Below, in pieces: positions 17,876-26,415 of a DNA stretch of 56,497 bases (position 1 is the stretch's first letter; each line of letters starts with the position of its first letter). The DNA lies in the IMG/VR virus record IMGVR_UViG_3300008267_005425, positions 1-56,497 of that record. The stretch is one strand, 5' to 3'. Source of the stretch: a virus (Duplodnaviria; Caudoviricetes). The position numbers and the translations under genes were made by a program. The notes below the pieces were generated by a model that saw nothing but the letters and a program-made list of their open reading frames with translations, was not told the DNA's origin and searched no databases.

Positions 17876-19519
17876 CTAGTAGTAGCTTGGAACTGAGGAC
17901 TCTTTTTCTTCTTTTTCTTCAGGATCAAAACTGATAACGCACTCTGTGGTGAGCAGTGTTCCAGCTACAGAATTTGCTAACTCCAATGCTGTACGTGTAA
18001 CTTTGGTTGGATCCACAATTCCAGCCTCAAACATATTACACACAACATCTTGTCTAGCATCGTAACCAATAAATGCTGCGTCCTCTTTCTTATCCTTAAT
18101 AGCGTACTCAATTAAGTGAGCTACGGTATTTGGACTTTGTCCAGCATTTTCTACGATAGCACCAAATGGCGCTGCGCAGGCCTTTTTGATAATCTTAACA
18201 CCTAACGCCTGATCATCGTTTTCTGTCTCAACTTCCAACTTCTCACTAGCGTGTAGTAGTGCCATTCCTCCACCAGCAACAATACCCTCTTCAACAGCAG
18301 CTCTCGTTGCGTGTAGAGCATCATCAACTCTATCTTTCTTTTCTTTTAGTTCGATCTCAGTCGCTGCACCAATGTTCAGTACTGCAACACCTCCGATTAG
18401 TTTGCTTAAACGCTCTTTTAGAAATTGCTTCTCATAGTCGCTGTCTGCTGACTCGTACTGGTCTTTAATGTGTTGGATGCGCTCCTTGATAGCTTCTGAA
18501 TCTCCAGCACCATCAACAATAACAGTCTCGTCTTTGTTTACTGTAACCATTCTTGCTGTACCTAGTTGATTCATTGTAAGCTTTTCTAGCTTCATTCCCT
18601 TCTGAGTTGCAACTACTTCGCCACCAGTTAAGATAGCCATATCTTCTAGCATGTGGATTTTACGATCTCCAAATCCTGGTGACTTAATAGCACAGATGTT
18701 TAGAATACCTCGAGCTTTATTGACAACCATAGTTGCAAGCGCTTCTCCATCAACATCGTCTGCTACGATCAAGAGCGGCTTACCTTGCTTGCTACAATTC
18801 TCTAGTAAAGCCAACACCTCTTTAACGCTACCGATCTTTCTATCGTAGAATAGGATTAACGGATTCTCTAAAGTCGTACTCATTGTACTTTGGTTTGATA
18901 CAAAGTAGGGTGAAATGAATCCACGATCAACCTGCATACCTTCTACAACCTCCAAAGTCGTTTCTGAGGTCTTACTTTCGTCAACTTGGATCACACCATC
19001 TTTCCCAACACTATCCATAGCCTCAGCAATGATGTTTCCTACACTCGTATCATTATTAGCTGAGATAGTTGCTACTTGACGAATCTCGTCAATAGATTTC
19101 ACATCACGACTAATCTCACGCAAAGACTCGATAACTTGAGTAGTAGCTTTATCCATTCCACGCTTTAACTCTACTGGATTAACTCCTGCATTGATAGCTT
19201 TCAATCCTTCGTTATACATAACGGAAGCTAGTACTGTTGCTGTAGTTGTTCCATCACCAGCCATTTTTGCTGCTTTCATTGAAACCTCTTTGATAGCTTG
19301 AGCACCCATATTTTCAATTGGGTCTGTAAGGTGTATCTCCTTTGCAACTGAAACACCATCTTTAGTAATTACTGGTGCACCATTTTCTTTTTCGATCAAT
19401 ACATTGCGTCCTTTAGGACCTAGTGTGGACTTAACTGCAGAAGATAGTTTGTTTACTCCACTGCGCACCTTATCTCGTGCTTCCACATCATAACTGATAA
19501 TTCTTGACTTGTTGCTCAT
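17876..19519 (-). CDS. groEL: Chaperonin GroEL
   Basis: [71 protein letters not shown]. Confidence 0.97.
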   Translation of the reverse strand: MSNKSRIISYDVEARDKVRSGVNKLSSAVKSTLGPKGRNVLIEKENGAPVITKDGVSVAKEIHLTDPIENMGAQAIKEVSMKAAKMAGDGTTTATVLASVMYNEGLKAINAGVNPVELKRGMDKATTQVIESLREISRDVKSIDEIRQVATISANNDTSVGNIIAEAMDSVGKDGVIQVDESKTSETTLEVVEGMQVDRGFISPYFVSNQSTMSTTLENPLILFYDRKIGSVKEVLALLENCSKQGKPLLIVADDVDGEALATMVVNKARGILNICAIKSPGFGDRKIHMLEDMAILTGGEVVATQKGMKLEKLTMNQLGTARMVTVNKDETVIVDGAGDSEAIKERIQHIKDQYESADSDYEKQFLKERLSKLIGGVAVLNIGAATEIELKEKKDRVDDALHATRAAVEEGIVAGGGMALLHASEKLEVETENDDQALGVKIIKKACAAPFGAIVENAGQSPNTVAHLIEYAIKDKKEDAAFIGYDARQDVVCNMFEAGIVDPTKVTRTALELANSVAGTLLTTECVISFDPEEKEEKESSVPSYY

Positions 19520-19521
19520 CG

Positions 19522-19824
19522 TTACTCGTTGATTTTTGTTATTACATCTCTTTCTTGTACTGAATGATACTCTACTCCTTCGTATTCGAATGTTTGTGCA
19601 GCAAAGCGTTGGTATAGAATTACATCACCTGGTTTGATTGTTGTTTCGATAAAAAGGTTAGGGGCTGCCCAAAATCCTTTTCCTACATACTGCACTCTCG
19701 CTTTAAGAAGCTTCTGTTCACTAATCTCGGGAAGTATGATACCTCCCTCACTCATTTCGTCTTGCTCGACCGGAAGACAGATCAGCTTGTCGCTGATAGG
19801 ACTAAATAAATTGTTGTTCTCCAT
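19522..19824 (-). CDS. groES: Co-chaperonin GroES
   Basis: PISDK, GGIILP mobile loop, VGKG, KPGDVI; directly upstream of groEL. Confidence 0.93.
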   Translation of the reverse strand: MENNNLFSPISDKLICLPVEQDEMSEGGIILPEISEQKLLKARVQYVGKGFWAAPNLFIETTIKPGDVILYQRFAAQTFEYEGVEYHSVQERDVITKINE

Positions 19825-19857
19825 TTGTATAACTGTTTAATTTAATATAAGAAAAAA

Positions 19858-20353
19858 AGACCTTAGAGCAAACGATTTCTTACTTAATCTGTAACTTTTT
19901 TGGTTTTGCTTGCTCTGCAAAAGGAATTGTGATAATCAGCAATCCATTTTCCATTGTAGCTGTACTCTCGGCTAGAGTGTACTTTGGTGAAATTTTGTAC
20001 GCTAAATTGAACGAACGACGAGCGATGCCTCGACACTGGTAGGTACGGGCTTCCTCGGTTCCATCGTAAACTTTGGGTTTGTTGTAGTTTACCTTTAAGA
20101 CATCTAACTCAATATCAATGTCAACCTCGTCTTTGGTTAGACCGGTGCATGCGATCTCAAATACAAGACCGTCTGAGTGTTCGTAAATGTCTACTGGGTG
20201 TGGAATTTTGATCTCTGAAATAGATCCGAAACGCGATTGCGCGTTAAATAAGTCCCGGAATAGGACGTCAAAAGTGACTTCTGTGCTCATAATGTTTACC
20301 TCCTTAGATGGTTAATAAATTGTTTCTCAAAACTAGGGCTTGCCCTAAGGTCT
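19858..20353 (-). repeat. Inverted repeat (19858-19873 / 20338-20353) flanking hsp20
   Basis: On the mRNA, 5' AGACCUUAGGGCAAGC pairs with 3' GUUUGCUCUAAGGUCU (14 Watson-Crick + 2 G-U pairs). Confidence 0.8.
19880..20290 (-). CDS. hsp20: Small heat shock protein Hsp20
   Basis: PVDIYE, EIACTG, RGIARRSF, ATMENGLLII; strong SD AAGGAGGT at 20298-20305. Confidence 0.93.
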   Translation of the reverse strand: MSTEVTFDVLFRDLFNAQSRFGSISEIKIPHPVDIYEHSDGLVFEIACTGLTKDEVDIDIELDVLKVNYNKPKVYDGTEEARTYQCRGIARRSFNLAYKISPKYTLAESTATMENGLLIITIPFAEQAKPKKLQIK

Positions 20354-20355
20354 AA

Positions 20356-20363
20356 TATAAATA
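20356..20363 (-). promoter_or_regulatory. Putative late promoter TATTTATA upstream of hsp20
   Basis: Repeated intergenic motif. Confidence 0.65.
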
Positions 20364-20375
20364 TGCTGTTTTTCA

Positions 20376-22616
20376 TTAAACGTGCCCTTCTCCAAAATTA
20401 TCTGCAATGTTTGGCTCAGCTACTAATCCAGTTGCAATCTGTACAGTCGTTTCCATGCACTCCTTTGTAATCTCAGAAGCTTTTTGAGCATGCTCTGTCT
20501 TTGCGTTGATTACGAACTCATCGTGAATCTGTAACATGATACATGCATCCAATCCTTCCTCCTTAAATCGTTTATGAATCTGAATGGCCGATCTATTCAT
20601 AATAGATGCTGCTAGTGATTGTATCTGAAAGTTTTTACAGTTGTTTAGTCCATTCTTGTACTCCATACGAAGCTTCATCAGCTGTTGAGTTTGGTCAGGT
20701 GTCTTGGCCATTCGTTTCATCTGAGAGAATGGTCCTGGTTCAATAAGACTGTTCTCAAACTTTTCGTAGATACGCTTCACTCGATCTAAGTGTCGAATAC
20801 GTCCAGTCTTGTTTCTAATGAAACCAAACGTCTGAGCTCTAAGGTGACTATCACTCATCCACTTTGCTAACTCAGGGAAACCTTCTAGGTATCCGTCAAT
20901 CATCTTTTGTGCTTCTCTAATGTCGATGTTGAGCGATTGACCGATCTGCCACGCACCTGCTCCATAAGGAATAGCAAGCGCAATACTCTTTGCTCTCTGT
21001 CTAAGTTCTGGACGTAGGTTCTTGACATAGTTATCATCGCTTTTCTTTGCCGACATGCCTTTAAGTTTAAACGCCTGAATAGCCACTCTACAATATAAAT
21101 CCTCATTGTTAATAAATACGTTAATTAGATTAGGGTCATTACTTACGGATGCAAATACTCGAGGCTCCAAAGAGGACTGGTCACAGATAATAAACTTTCT
21201 ACCATCCTCAGCTTTCAAAAAGCTACGAATGATGTTATTGTATCTGAGTACTAACTCACTTTGCTCTCCCTCTTCCAACACACGAGGTAGCTGTTGGCAG
21301 TCGGAGCTAAAACGGCCTGAGGTAGTTCCGTGTTGTTTGAAGTACCAGTAATACCTTCCATTCTCGTTTCCGTCTAAGAAACGATCAACGTAGGCTGATT
21401 GTATCTTGTTTAGTTTGTTGTAGTCTCTCAGCTTAGCAGCCCAAGCATGGTCTTTATGTATGTGTTCGATGAAGTCATCGTCAAACTGATCTGTTCCTTT
21501 CTTAGTTTGACTGATAGGCTTTATTCCAACATACTTGAAGCACATTTCAGACAGCTGCTGCTTACTGCTTATGTTAATGAATGCACCCTCCTTTTGTTTA
21601 AGGAGTTCCAAACTAATAGCAATCTTATCTTGCTCGTTAAGATCCTTAGCATCTCCCGTCTGCAAGAATTTCTGACCAGCATCTGAATCTATAAGCTGTG
21701 ACAGCTTTTCTTCAACCAACTTACCGTAATGTCCTCTCTTTTTAGGTGGGTGATTTGTAAGTGCTCGAGCTACAACCCACTGCTGTACTTGTGGTACCTT
21801 CATTAAGTCTGAAATAATCTCTTGCTCAAGTCTCGTGATGTCTGCTGAAATTTGTTGCTTTGTCTTGGTGATGAGCTCGATATCTAGTTCTGTTCCAGTT
21901 TCTTCCATTTGGATCGTAACAGTCTTATATAGTGGCATCACCTCTTCCTCAAAAAAGAACTCCCACAACTCCTGCTCCTTGAGTATTGGCAGGTAGTAAG
22001 TCATAACTCGTAGTGTTAAGTCGGTATCGGCAGCTGCATATTCTCCTAGTAAGTTCATGTCAGCTTTAAAGATCTCGAAGTTGGTTTTAGTAATACTACC
22101 ACCGTTCCTTTGAATAGACTCCTTTAGCTTTACTTGCTCTTCGTTAGCTTCCTTCTCAGCATCTAATCCTAACTCATCTTGAATCTCGATAGCAATGTCC
22201 TTCAAACCAAAAGGACCATCCTCTTGCAGAGTGTGACGCAGTAACATCGTATCACAATATAAATCATCACGAAGATCAATTCCGTAGAAGTTCTTCGTAT
22301 ACCGAACGTCGAAAGATGCGTTGTGCATTACTAGCTTCTTACCTTTAAGCATGCTGATAAGATGCTTTGCAATGTCATCACACTTCTTACCTCCAATATA
22401 GGAGTCCACAAGTGATTGTGAATCTACATCCCAATATCGAGTTGGAAAGTAGTAACCTTCCCCAATATCCGCAGAAACAGAAAAACCAATGATCATCCCG
22501 TTTCTAGGATTAACACTAGTCGTCTCGGTATCGTATGCGATAATGTTTCCGTTCTTAATATAGTTAGCTAGTTCTACGACACCAGCCTCGTCGGTTATTA
22601 TCTCGTACTTCTTCAT
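20376..22616 (-). CDS. polA: DNA polymerase family A with 3'-5' exonuclease
   Basis: ExoI DTETT, ExoII HNASFD, ExoIII YAAAD; NISSKQQL, TTSGRFSS; motif A DQSSLEPR, motif B RQRAKSIALAIPYG, motif C QIHDE. Confidence 0.96.
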   Translation of the reverse strand: MKKYEIITDEAGVVELANYIKNGNIIAYDTETTSVNPRNGMIIGFSVSADIGEGYYFPTRYWDVDSQSLVDSYIGGKKCDDIAKHLISMLKGKKLVMHNASFDVRYTKNFYGIDLRDDLYCDTMLLRHTLQEDGPFGLKDIAIEIQDELGLDAEKEANEEQVKLKESIQRNGGSITKTNFEIFKADMNLLGEYAAADTDLTLRVMTYYLPILKEQELWEFFFEEEVMPLYKTVTIQMEETGTELDIELITKTKQQISADITRLEQEIISDLMKVPQVQQWVVARALTNHPPKKRGHYGKLVEEKLSQLIDSDAGQKFLQTGDAKDLNEQDKIAISLELLKQKEGAFINISSKQQLSEMCFKYVGIKPISQTKKGTDQFDDDFIEHIHKDHAWAAKLRDYNKLNKIQSAYVDRFLDGNENGRYYWYFKQHGTTSGRFSSDCQQLPRVLEEGEQSELVLRYNNIIRSFLKAEDGRKFIICDQSSLEPRVFASVSNDPNLINVFINNEDLYCRVAIQAFKLKGMSAKKSDDNYVKNLRPELRQRAKSIALAIPYGAGAWQIGQSLNIDIREAQKMIDGYLEGFPELAKWMSDSHLRAQTFGFIRNKTGRIRHLDRVKRIYEKFENSLIEPGPFSQMKRMAKTPDQTQQLMKLRMEYKNGLNNCKNFQIQSLAASIMNRSAIQIHKRFKEEGLDACIMLQIHDEFVINAKTEHAQKASEITKECMETTVQIATGLVAEPNIADNFGEGHV

Positions 22617-22617
22617 T

Positions 22618-22758
22618 CTATTTGTTTACTGTACATTTGTTGTTTGTAACGCAATCCAACTTGTCAACTTGCTTTTCTATTTGATAGAGTTGATATGTTT
22701 GGTAAGCTAGCGCTAAACCTATTAACACTAATATAGTGTTTTTAATTCGATTTTCCAT
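22618..22758 (-). CDS. Small membrane-anchored protein (46 aa)
   Basis: Manual translation MENRIKNTILVLIGLALAYQTYQLYQIEKQVDKLDCVTNNKCTVNK fills the gap. Confidence 0.6.
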   Translation of the reverse strand: MENRIKNTILVLIGLALAYQTYQLYQIEKQVDKLDCVTNNKCTVNK

Positions 22759-22933
22759 CTTTTTGTTTTTTTAAATGTTCATCTAATGCTTCTAATAAGA
22801 AGGTGATTGGAAACGCGATAGGGCCATACTCCTGATCCGAGCAGTCGAAGACTACTCTATCTCCTTCTAGTTTGAGATATGCTTTGCGACTCCAAAGAGC
22901 ATCTCCTTCAAATACTAAGGTTTGGTTCTCCAT
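22742..22933 (-). CDS. Hypothetical protein
   Basis: Overlapping operon-style ORF. Confidence 0.6.
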   Translation of the reverse strand: MENQTLVFEGDALWSRKAYLKLEGDRVVFDCSDQEYGPIAFPITFLLEALDEHLKKQKDGKSN

Positions 22934-23171
22934 TGTTTAGGTTTTTCATTGCATCACTAACTAGCTGCTTAAGCTCTTTGAATGACTTTGAATCTGTAGG
23001 TGCATTGAAACACTCAAAAGCTGCCACCTCTACTCTACTGTCAGACATTACCAACACATGGTAGTCTCTTAGTTTTTTCTCTAAGAACCTTCCCATCTCT
23101 TCGAGCCTTTCAGCTCCTATGCTCCTCACAGTTTCTGCAGGGACGCGCATTACGAATATAGGTTTAGCCAT
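22908..23171 (-). CDS. Hypothetical protein
   Basis: Overlapping operon-style ORF. Confidence 0.65.
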   Translation of the reverse strand: MAKPIFVMRVPAETVRSIGAERLEEMGRFLEKKLRDYHVLVMSDSRVEVAAFECFNAPTDSKSFKELKQLVSDAMKNLNNGEPNLSI

Positions 23172-23454
23172 TTTGTCTTATTTCTTCGTGTAACAATTCT
23201 ATTAATACATCCATCGCATCGCGACTGAATCTCCACCCGTTAGGACCTTCTGCGCTTCGTAAGCAAACGTCGTAGCATGTTCTCATGGCCAGCAACTCCT
23301 CTTCGCTCTCACAGAAGGAGGCTTTCTTCATCACATCAGCCTTCATAGTAGCTCCATGCATTATTCCACCAGTTTCCTTAACCCACTGTTTATATTCATC
23401 CTTGTACTTGTGGTGCAGCATTACTGCTGCTGCTTGTATTTGATCTTTAGTCAT
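23164..23454 (-). CDS. Hypothetical protein
   Basis: Overlapping operon-style ORF. Confidence 0.65.
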   Translation of the reverse strand: MTKDQIQAAAVMLHHKYKDEYKQWVKETGGIMHGATMKADVMKKASFCESEEELLAMRTCYDVCLRSAEGPNGWRFSRDAMDVLIELLHEEIRQNG

Positions 23455-23926
23455 TGTCTTCTAGTTTTTGAATTAACTCTTTAAGTACTGCAAACTCTGT
23501 GAAGTGTAGTGATATCTGTTTGTCGTCTGAGATTGTAATATCCCAACCCTCTCCGTTTGTCCACTCAGTTACTTCTACGAAATCATGCTCCTTGTGCCAT
23601 GCATCGGTAAGTGGGACAAAGATAGACTTACGTTGACTGATTGTAATTTTACTTGGATCTTTAATCCAACTCTCATCTTCCTCATCATCCTCTTCCTCCA
23701 ATTCCTTCTCAGCTTGCTCTTGCTTTCGAATGTGCGATCTTATATCACCAATCGTGAAGATGCCTTGTGCTGAATTGTCAGTGGGAACGACTTTAGTTTC
23801 GTCGGGCAATAGCTCTGCCATCTCATCTGTAAACCGAAGCTCTACTCCTAAGACTCCTCTTCCTACTCGACGGGCAATATCCTTTAAATTCCCATCTTTT
23901 AATTTTACTGCGAATGTTGTACTCAT
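23447..23926 (-). CDS. Hypothetical protein (two modules joined by an acidic linker)
   Basis: ORF with an EEEDDEEDE linker; C-terminal half contains FVEVTEWTNGEGWD. Confidence 0.7.
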   Translation of the reverse strand: MSTTFAVKLKDGNLKDIARRVGRGVLGVELRFTDEMAELLPDETKVVPTDNSAQGIFTIGDIRSHIRKQEQAEKELEEEDDEEDESWIKDPSKITISQRKSIFVPLTDAWHKEHDFVEVTEWTNGEGWDITISDDKQISLHFTEFAVLKELIQKLEDND

Positions 23927-24189
23927 AAACTTTTTGCTAAATTAAATAACATTTCTTCTTGTTCAGCGGTAAGCTGATATCTACTACTATCAATCTTATT
24001 GATCATCTCTTTCCATGTGTAGTCAAGTGGATTCCCTTCAAACTCATCCACATCATCCTCGTAATTCTTGTTAGGATCTTTCAACTCATAACCATCCTTG
24101 ATAAGCTTCTCTACAAGCTCATCCTTCTCCCAGCCACCTAGATCATCATAAAGATCATCCAAATCTACATCTACATTTACGTAAGCCAT
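23923..24189 (-). CDS. Acidic hypothetical protein
   Basis: ORF beginning VNVDVDLDD. Confidence 0.7.
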   Translation of the reverse strand: MAYVNVDVDLDDLYDDLGGWEKDELVEKLIKDGYELKDPNKNYEDDVDEFEGNPLDYTWKEMINKIDSSRYQLTAEQEEMLFNLAKSL

Positions 24190-24210
24190 ATATTATTTTT
24201 TTAAAAATTA

Positions 24211-24459
24211 CTAAGCTGGACTCATCATCAAAAACTGTTTGTACTGCTCATGCTCTGTAAGCATGATCATCTCCTGCTCGTAGGTAAACTCCGTAGAGAT
24301 TGTGGCAGTGTCCGATACTAGCTCAACATGATACTCAGCCCACACTCTTCGAGCTTCCTCATAGAACTCTTGTGTAGTTTCCGAATCTACGAGCTCCATG
24401 TCGTAGGTCTTGATGATTTTTCCGTGATCATCTTTCACGTTGATTGTTACTTTATCCAT
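24211..24459 (-). CDS. Hypothetical protein
   Basis: ORF in the early-gene array. Confidence 0.65.
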   Translation of the reverse strand: MDKVTINVKDDHGKIIKTYDMELVDSETTQEFYEEARRVWAEYHVELVSDTATISTEFTYEQEMIMLTEHEQYKQFLMMSPA

Positions 24460-24462
24460 ATC

Positions 24463-24774
24463 TTATTGCATTTCAATTAACTGGAGTGGAACATTCCATC
24501 CTTGGTCAAATCGACCGGTAGCACCTTGCACTTGAACAACTCCACGAGTCTTGTTGATCTTAGTCAGTACTAGGTTGTTTCTAAAGGATAGTTGTGGGTG
24601 GTTAACAACTACTCGAGCTCCTTCCATTAGCTCTTGTTTAACCTTAGCAAGCTTTTCTTTCTTACGTGACTTCAGTATTCCAACAACATAGCTGTTAATA
24701 GCTCTCAATTCTTCTGTTGTCATGGCCATTAAAGCCATTCTCGTTTCACGATCGTTAATGTTAATTGTTTTCAT
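24463..24774 (-). CDS. Hypothetical protein (C-terminal SH3/KOW-like pattern)
   Basis: G.RVVVNH...KINKTR...W.VP; preceded by an early promoter. Confidence 0.7.
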   Translation of the reverse strand: MKTININDRETRMALMAMTTEELRAINSYVVGILKSRKKEKLAKVKQELMEGARVVVNHPQLSFRNNLVLTKINKTRGVVQVQGATGRFDQGWNVPLQLIEMQ

Positions 24775-24793
24775 ATCTCTTTTAATTTTATAT

Positions 24794-24826
24794 CTAAAGG
24801 TACATACTTAATTTCGTTTATGCAAC
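24794..24826 (-). promoter_or_regulatory. Early-type promoter GTTGCAT-N17-TACCTTTAG
   Basis: Repeated motif followed by leader ...AAGAGATATG. Confidence 0.78.
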
Positions 24827-24828
24827 AG

Positions 24829-25740
24829 TTACTCAAAAATAACTTCAAGTAAATAATCTGAATTTGTTGAGATGTATCTGTCACCGGACTTCAATACTCG
24901 ACGTCGGAAGTTGATAGCCCTCTTTGTTGTGTCACTATACACTTGAATCATGTCAGGCATGTTACTTGGATCAACATAAGCTCTTGACTCTTTCAGACTT
25001 CTCAAAAGCAACCCTTCCTCCTGATCCCACTTAAAGTGCTCGACTGGAATTATTGGGTATGGACTAGGTGATGGAGTGGCAGTAGTCGTAGTTACTGGTT
25101 TTGTATTTTCAATTGCACCATCCAAATCACCACTACCAGTATTCAAGTGCCACTTCTTGATGAACACCTCAACCTCCCCTAACTTAGCAGCAAGCACTTC
25201 CATCTCTTTCTGAAAGCGAGCAACGTCAGCTAGCTTCTTAACATAAGTGATCCCGGTCTTCTTGACACAATAAGGACCAACTCCAGTAGCTTGGGATCTC
25301 CAATCCTCTAAGGTCTTACCACAACAACGACACTCGGATACGTTACCAGTCCAATTAATCTTAGCACGCACCATATAACCTCTGTGGTTTTTAGACTTGA
25401 CTTGAGTCACAACAAATGTTCGTGGATTAAACGTCCACTGATTGGCTTTTGCAATATATCTTGCAGCAGAAGCAGAAACAGTGATTGGAATGTTACACGA
25501 CGCAACTGCGATCACGTTTGGATCCTCAGCTGGTTTAGGTGCAAGACATTTCATAACAGCATTCCACTGTTTGTCTGAAAGCTTACCGTACTTATTCATT
25601 GTACTTCTCATTTCGATTACAAACGAAAAAGTTCCATTGTAGTTAATCAAGTCATCATAGACTTGATCAAACCCGGTAGGAATGTGGTGGGTAACACTAG
25701 CGTTTTTTCTAGTTGGGTGATTTTTTACAATTGTTCTCAT
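24829..25740 (-). CDS. Early protein with a DUF6011-like Zn finger
   Basis: CRCCGKTLEDWRSQATGVGPYC; LSDKQ motif near the N-terminus. Confidence 0.72.
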   Translation of the reverse strand: MRTIVKNHPTRKNASVTHHIPTGFDQVYDDLINYNGTFSFVIEMRSTMNKYGKLSDKQWNAVMKCLAPKPAEDPNVIAVASCNIPITVSASAARYIAKANQWTFNPRTFVVTQVKSKNHRGYMVRAKINWTGNVSECRCCGKTLEDWRSQATGVGPYCVKKTGITYVKKLADVARFQKEMEVLAAKLGEVEVFIKKWHLNTGSGDLDGAIENTKPVTTTTATPSPSPYPIIPVEHFKWDQEEGLLLRSLKESRAYVDPSNMPDMIQVYSDTTKRAINFRRRVLKSGDRYISTNSDYLLEVIFE

Positions 25741-25757
25741 ATCTCTTAATGTTATAC

Positions 25758-25790
25758 CTAAAGGTCATCACTCTTTTTCAATTCTGCAAC
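25758..25790 (-). promoter_or_regulatory. Early-type promoter GTTGCAG-N17-GACCTTTAG
   Basis: Repeated motif followed by leader GTATAACATTAAGAGATATG. Confidence 0.78.
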
Positions 25791-25806
25791 AGTTGTGCAA
25801 AACTTT

Positions 25807-26088
25807 TTAGATCGTGTAGCAGTACTTGTATCCACAATCATCATCCCAGTCTGACTCTTCTCCAAGACCTAACTCAAAGATTTGTTCATCTGAAATAGGT
25901 AACGCTCTCCAATATCCGTATCGGATATATCTTCGACCACTTCCAATCGCACCTGAGAACTCTAGGTCCTCACAATCTACTCCCAACTCTACTAGAGCAT
26001 TCTCGATTGATTGCTCAGTTGGGTTTTGTGGCATTTCACTTTCACGTCTCATCTTAACGTACTCTCCATTGATAATTTGGTAACTCAT
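25807..26088 (-). CDS. Hypothetical protein
   Basis: ORF in the early array; C-terminal DWDDDCG. Confidence 0.7.
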   Translation of the reverse strand: MSYQIINGEYVKMRRESEMPQNPTEQSIENALVELGVDCEDLEFSGAIGSGRRYIRYGYWRALPISDEQIFELGLGEESDWDDDCGYKYCYTI

Positions 26089-26098
26089 AACTGTTATA

Positions 26099-26305
26099 TT
26101 AAAATAAATAATTCATTAACTCTTGGTAAACGAAATCGGAATCCTCATTAAGGGTATCCAACTCTTCATCGGTCATCTCACGACCTTCGTACTCAGCAGA
26201 TGTAATGTAAGCGTCACAGTAGTCGGGATAGTCTCGGTGATCAACTCCATCAAACTCGATGTTGGTGATCAAGGTGTAATCTAGTGTTTTTGTTTGTTTA
26301 TTCAT
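26099..26305 (-). CDS. Small acidic phage protein
   Basis: DGVDHRDYPDYCDAYI motif; preceded by an early promoter. Confidence 0.75.
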   Translation of the reverse strand: MNKQTKTLDYTLITNIEFDGVDHRDYPDYCDAYITSAEYEGREMTDEELDTLNEDSDFVYQELMNYLF

Positions 26306-26322
26306 ATCTCTTAATCTTATAC

Positions 26323-26355
26323 CTAAAGGTCAGCCACATTTTTCGTATTTGCAAC
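26323..26355 (-). promoter_or_regulatory. Early-type promoter GTTGCAA-N17-GACCTTTAG
   Basis: Repeated motif followed by leader GTATAAGATTAAGAGATATG. Confidence 0.78.
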
Positions 26356-26363
26356 AGTTAAGC

Positions 26364-26393
26364 AAAAAAAAAGCCAACTTTTTAAGGTTGGCT
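26364..26393 (-). terminator. Intrinsic terminator ending the deazaguanine operon
   Basis: AGCCAAC stem / GTTGGCT followed by a T run. Confidence 0.85.
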
Positions 26394-26415
26394 CTTTATA
26401 TGTTGAGAGATATGA

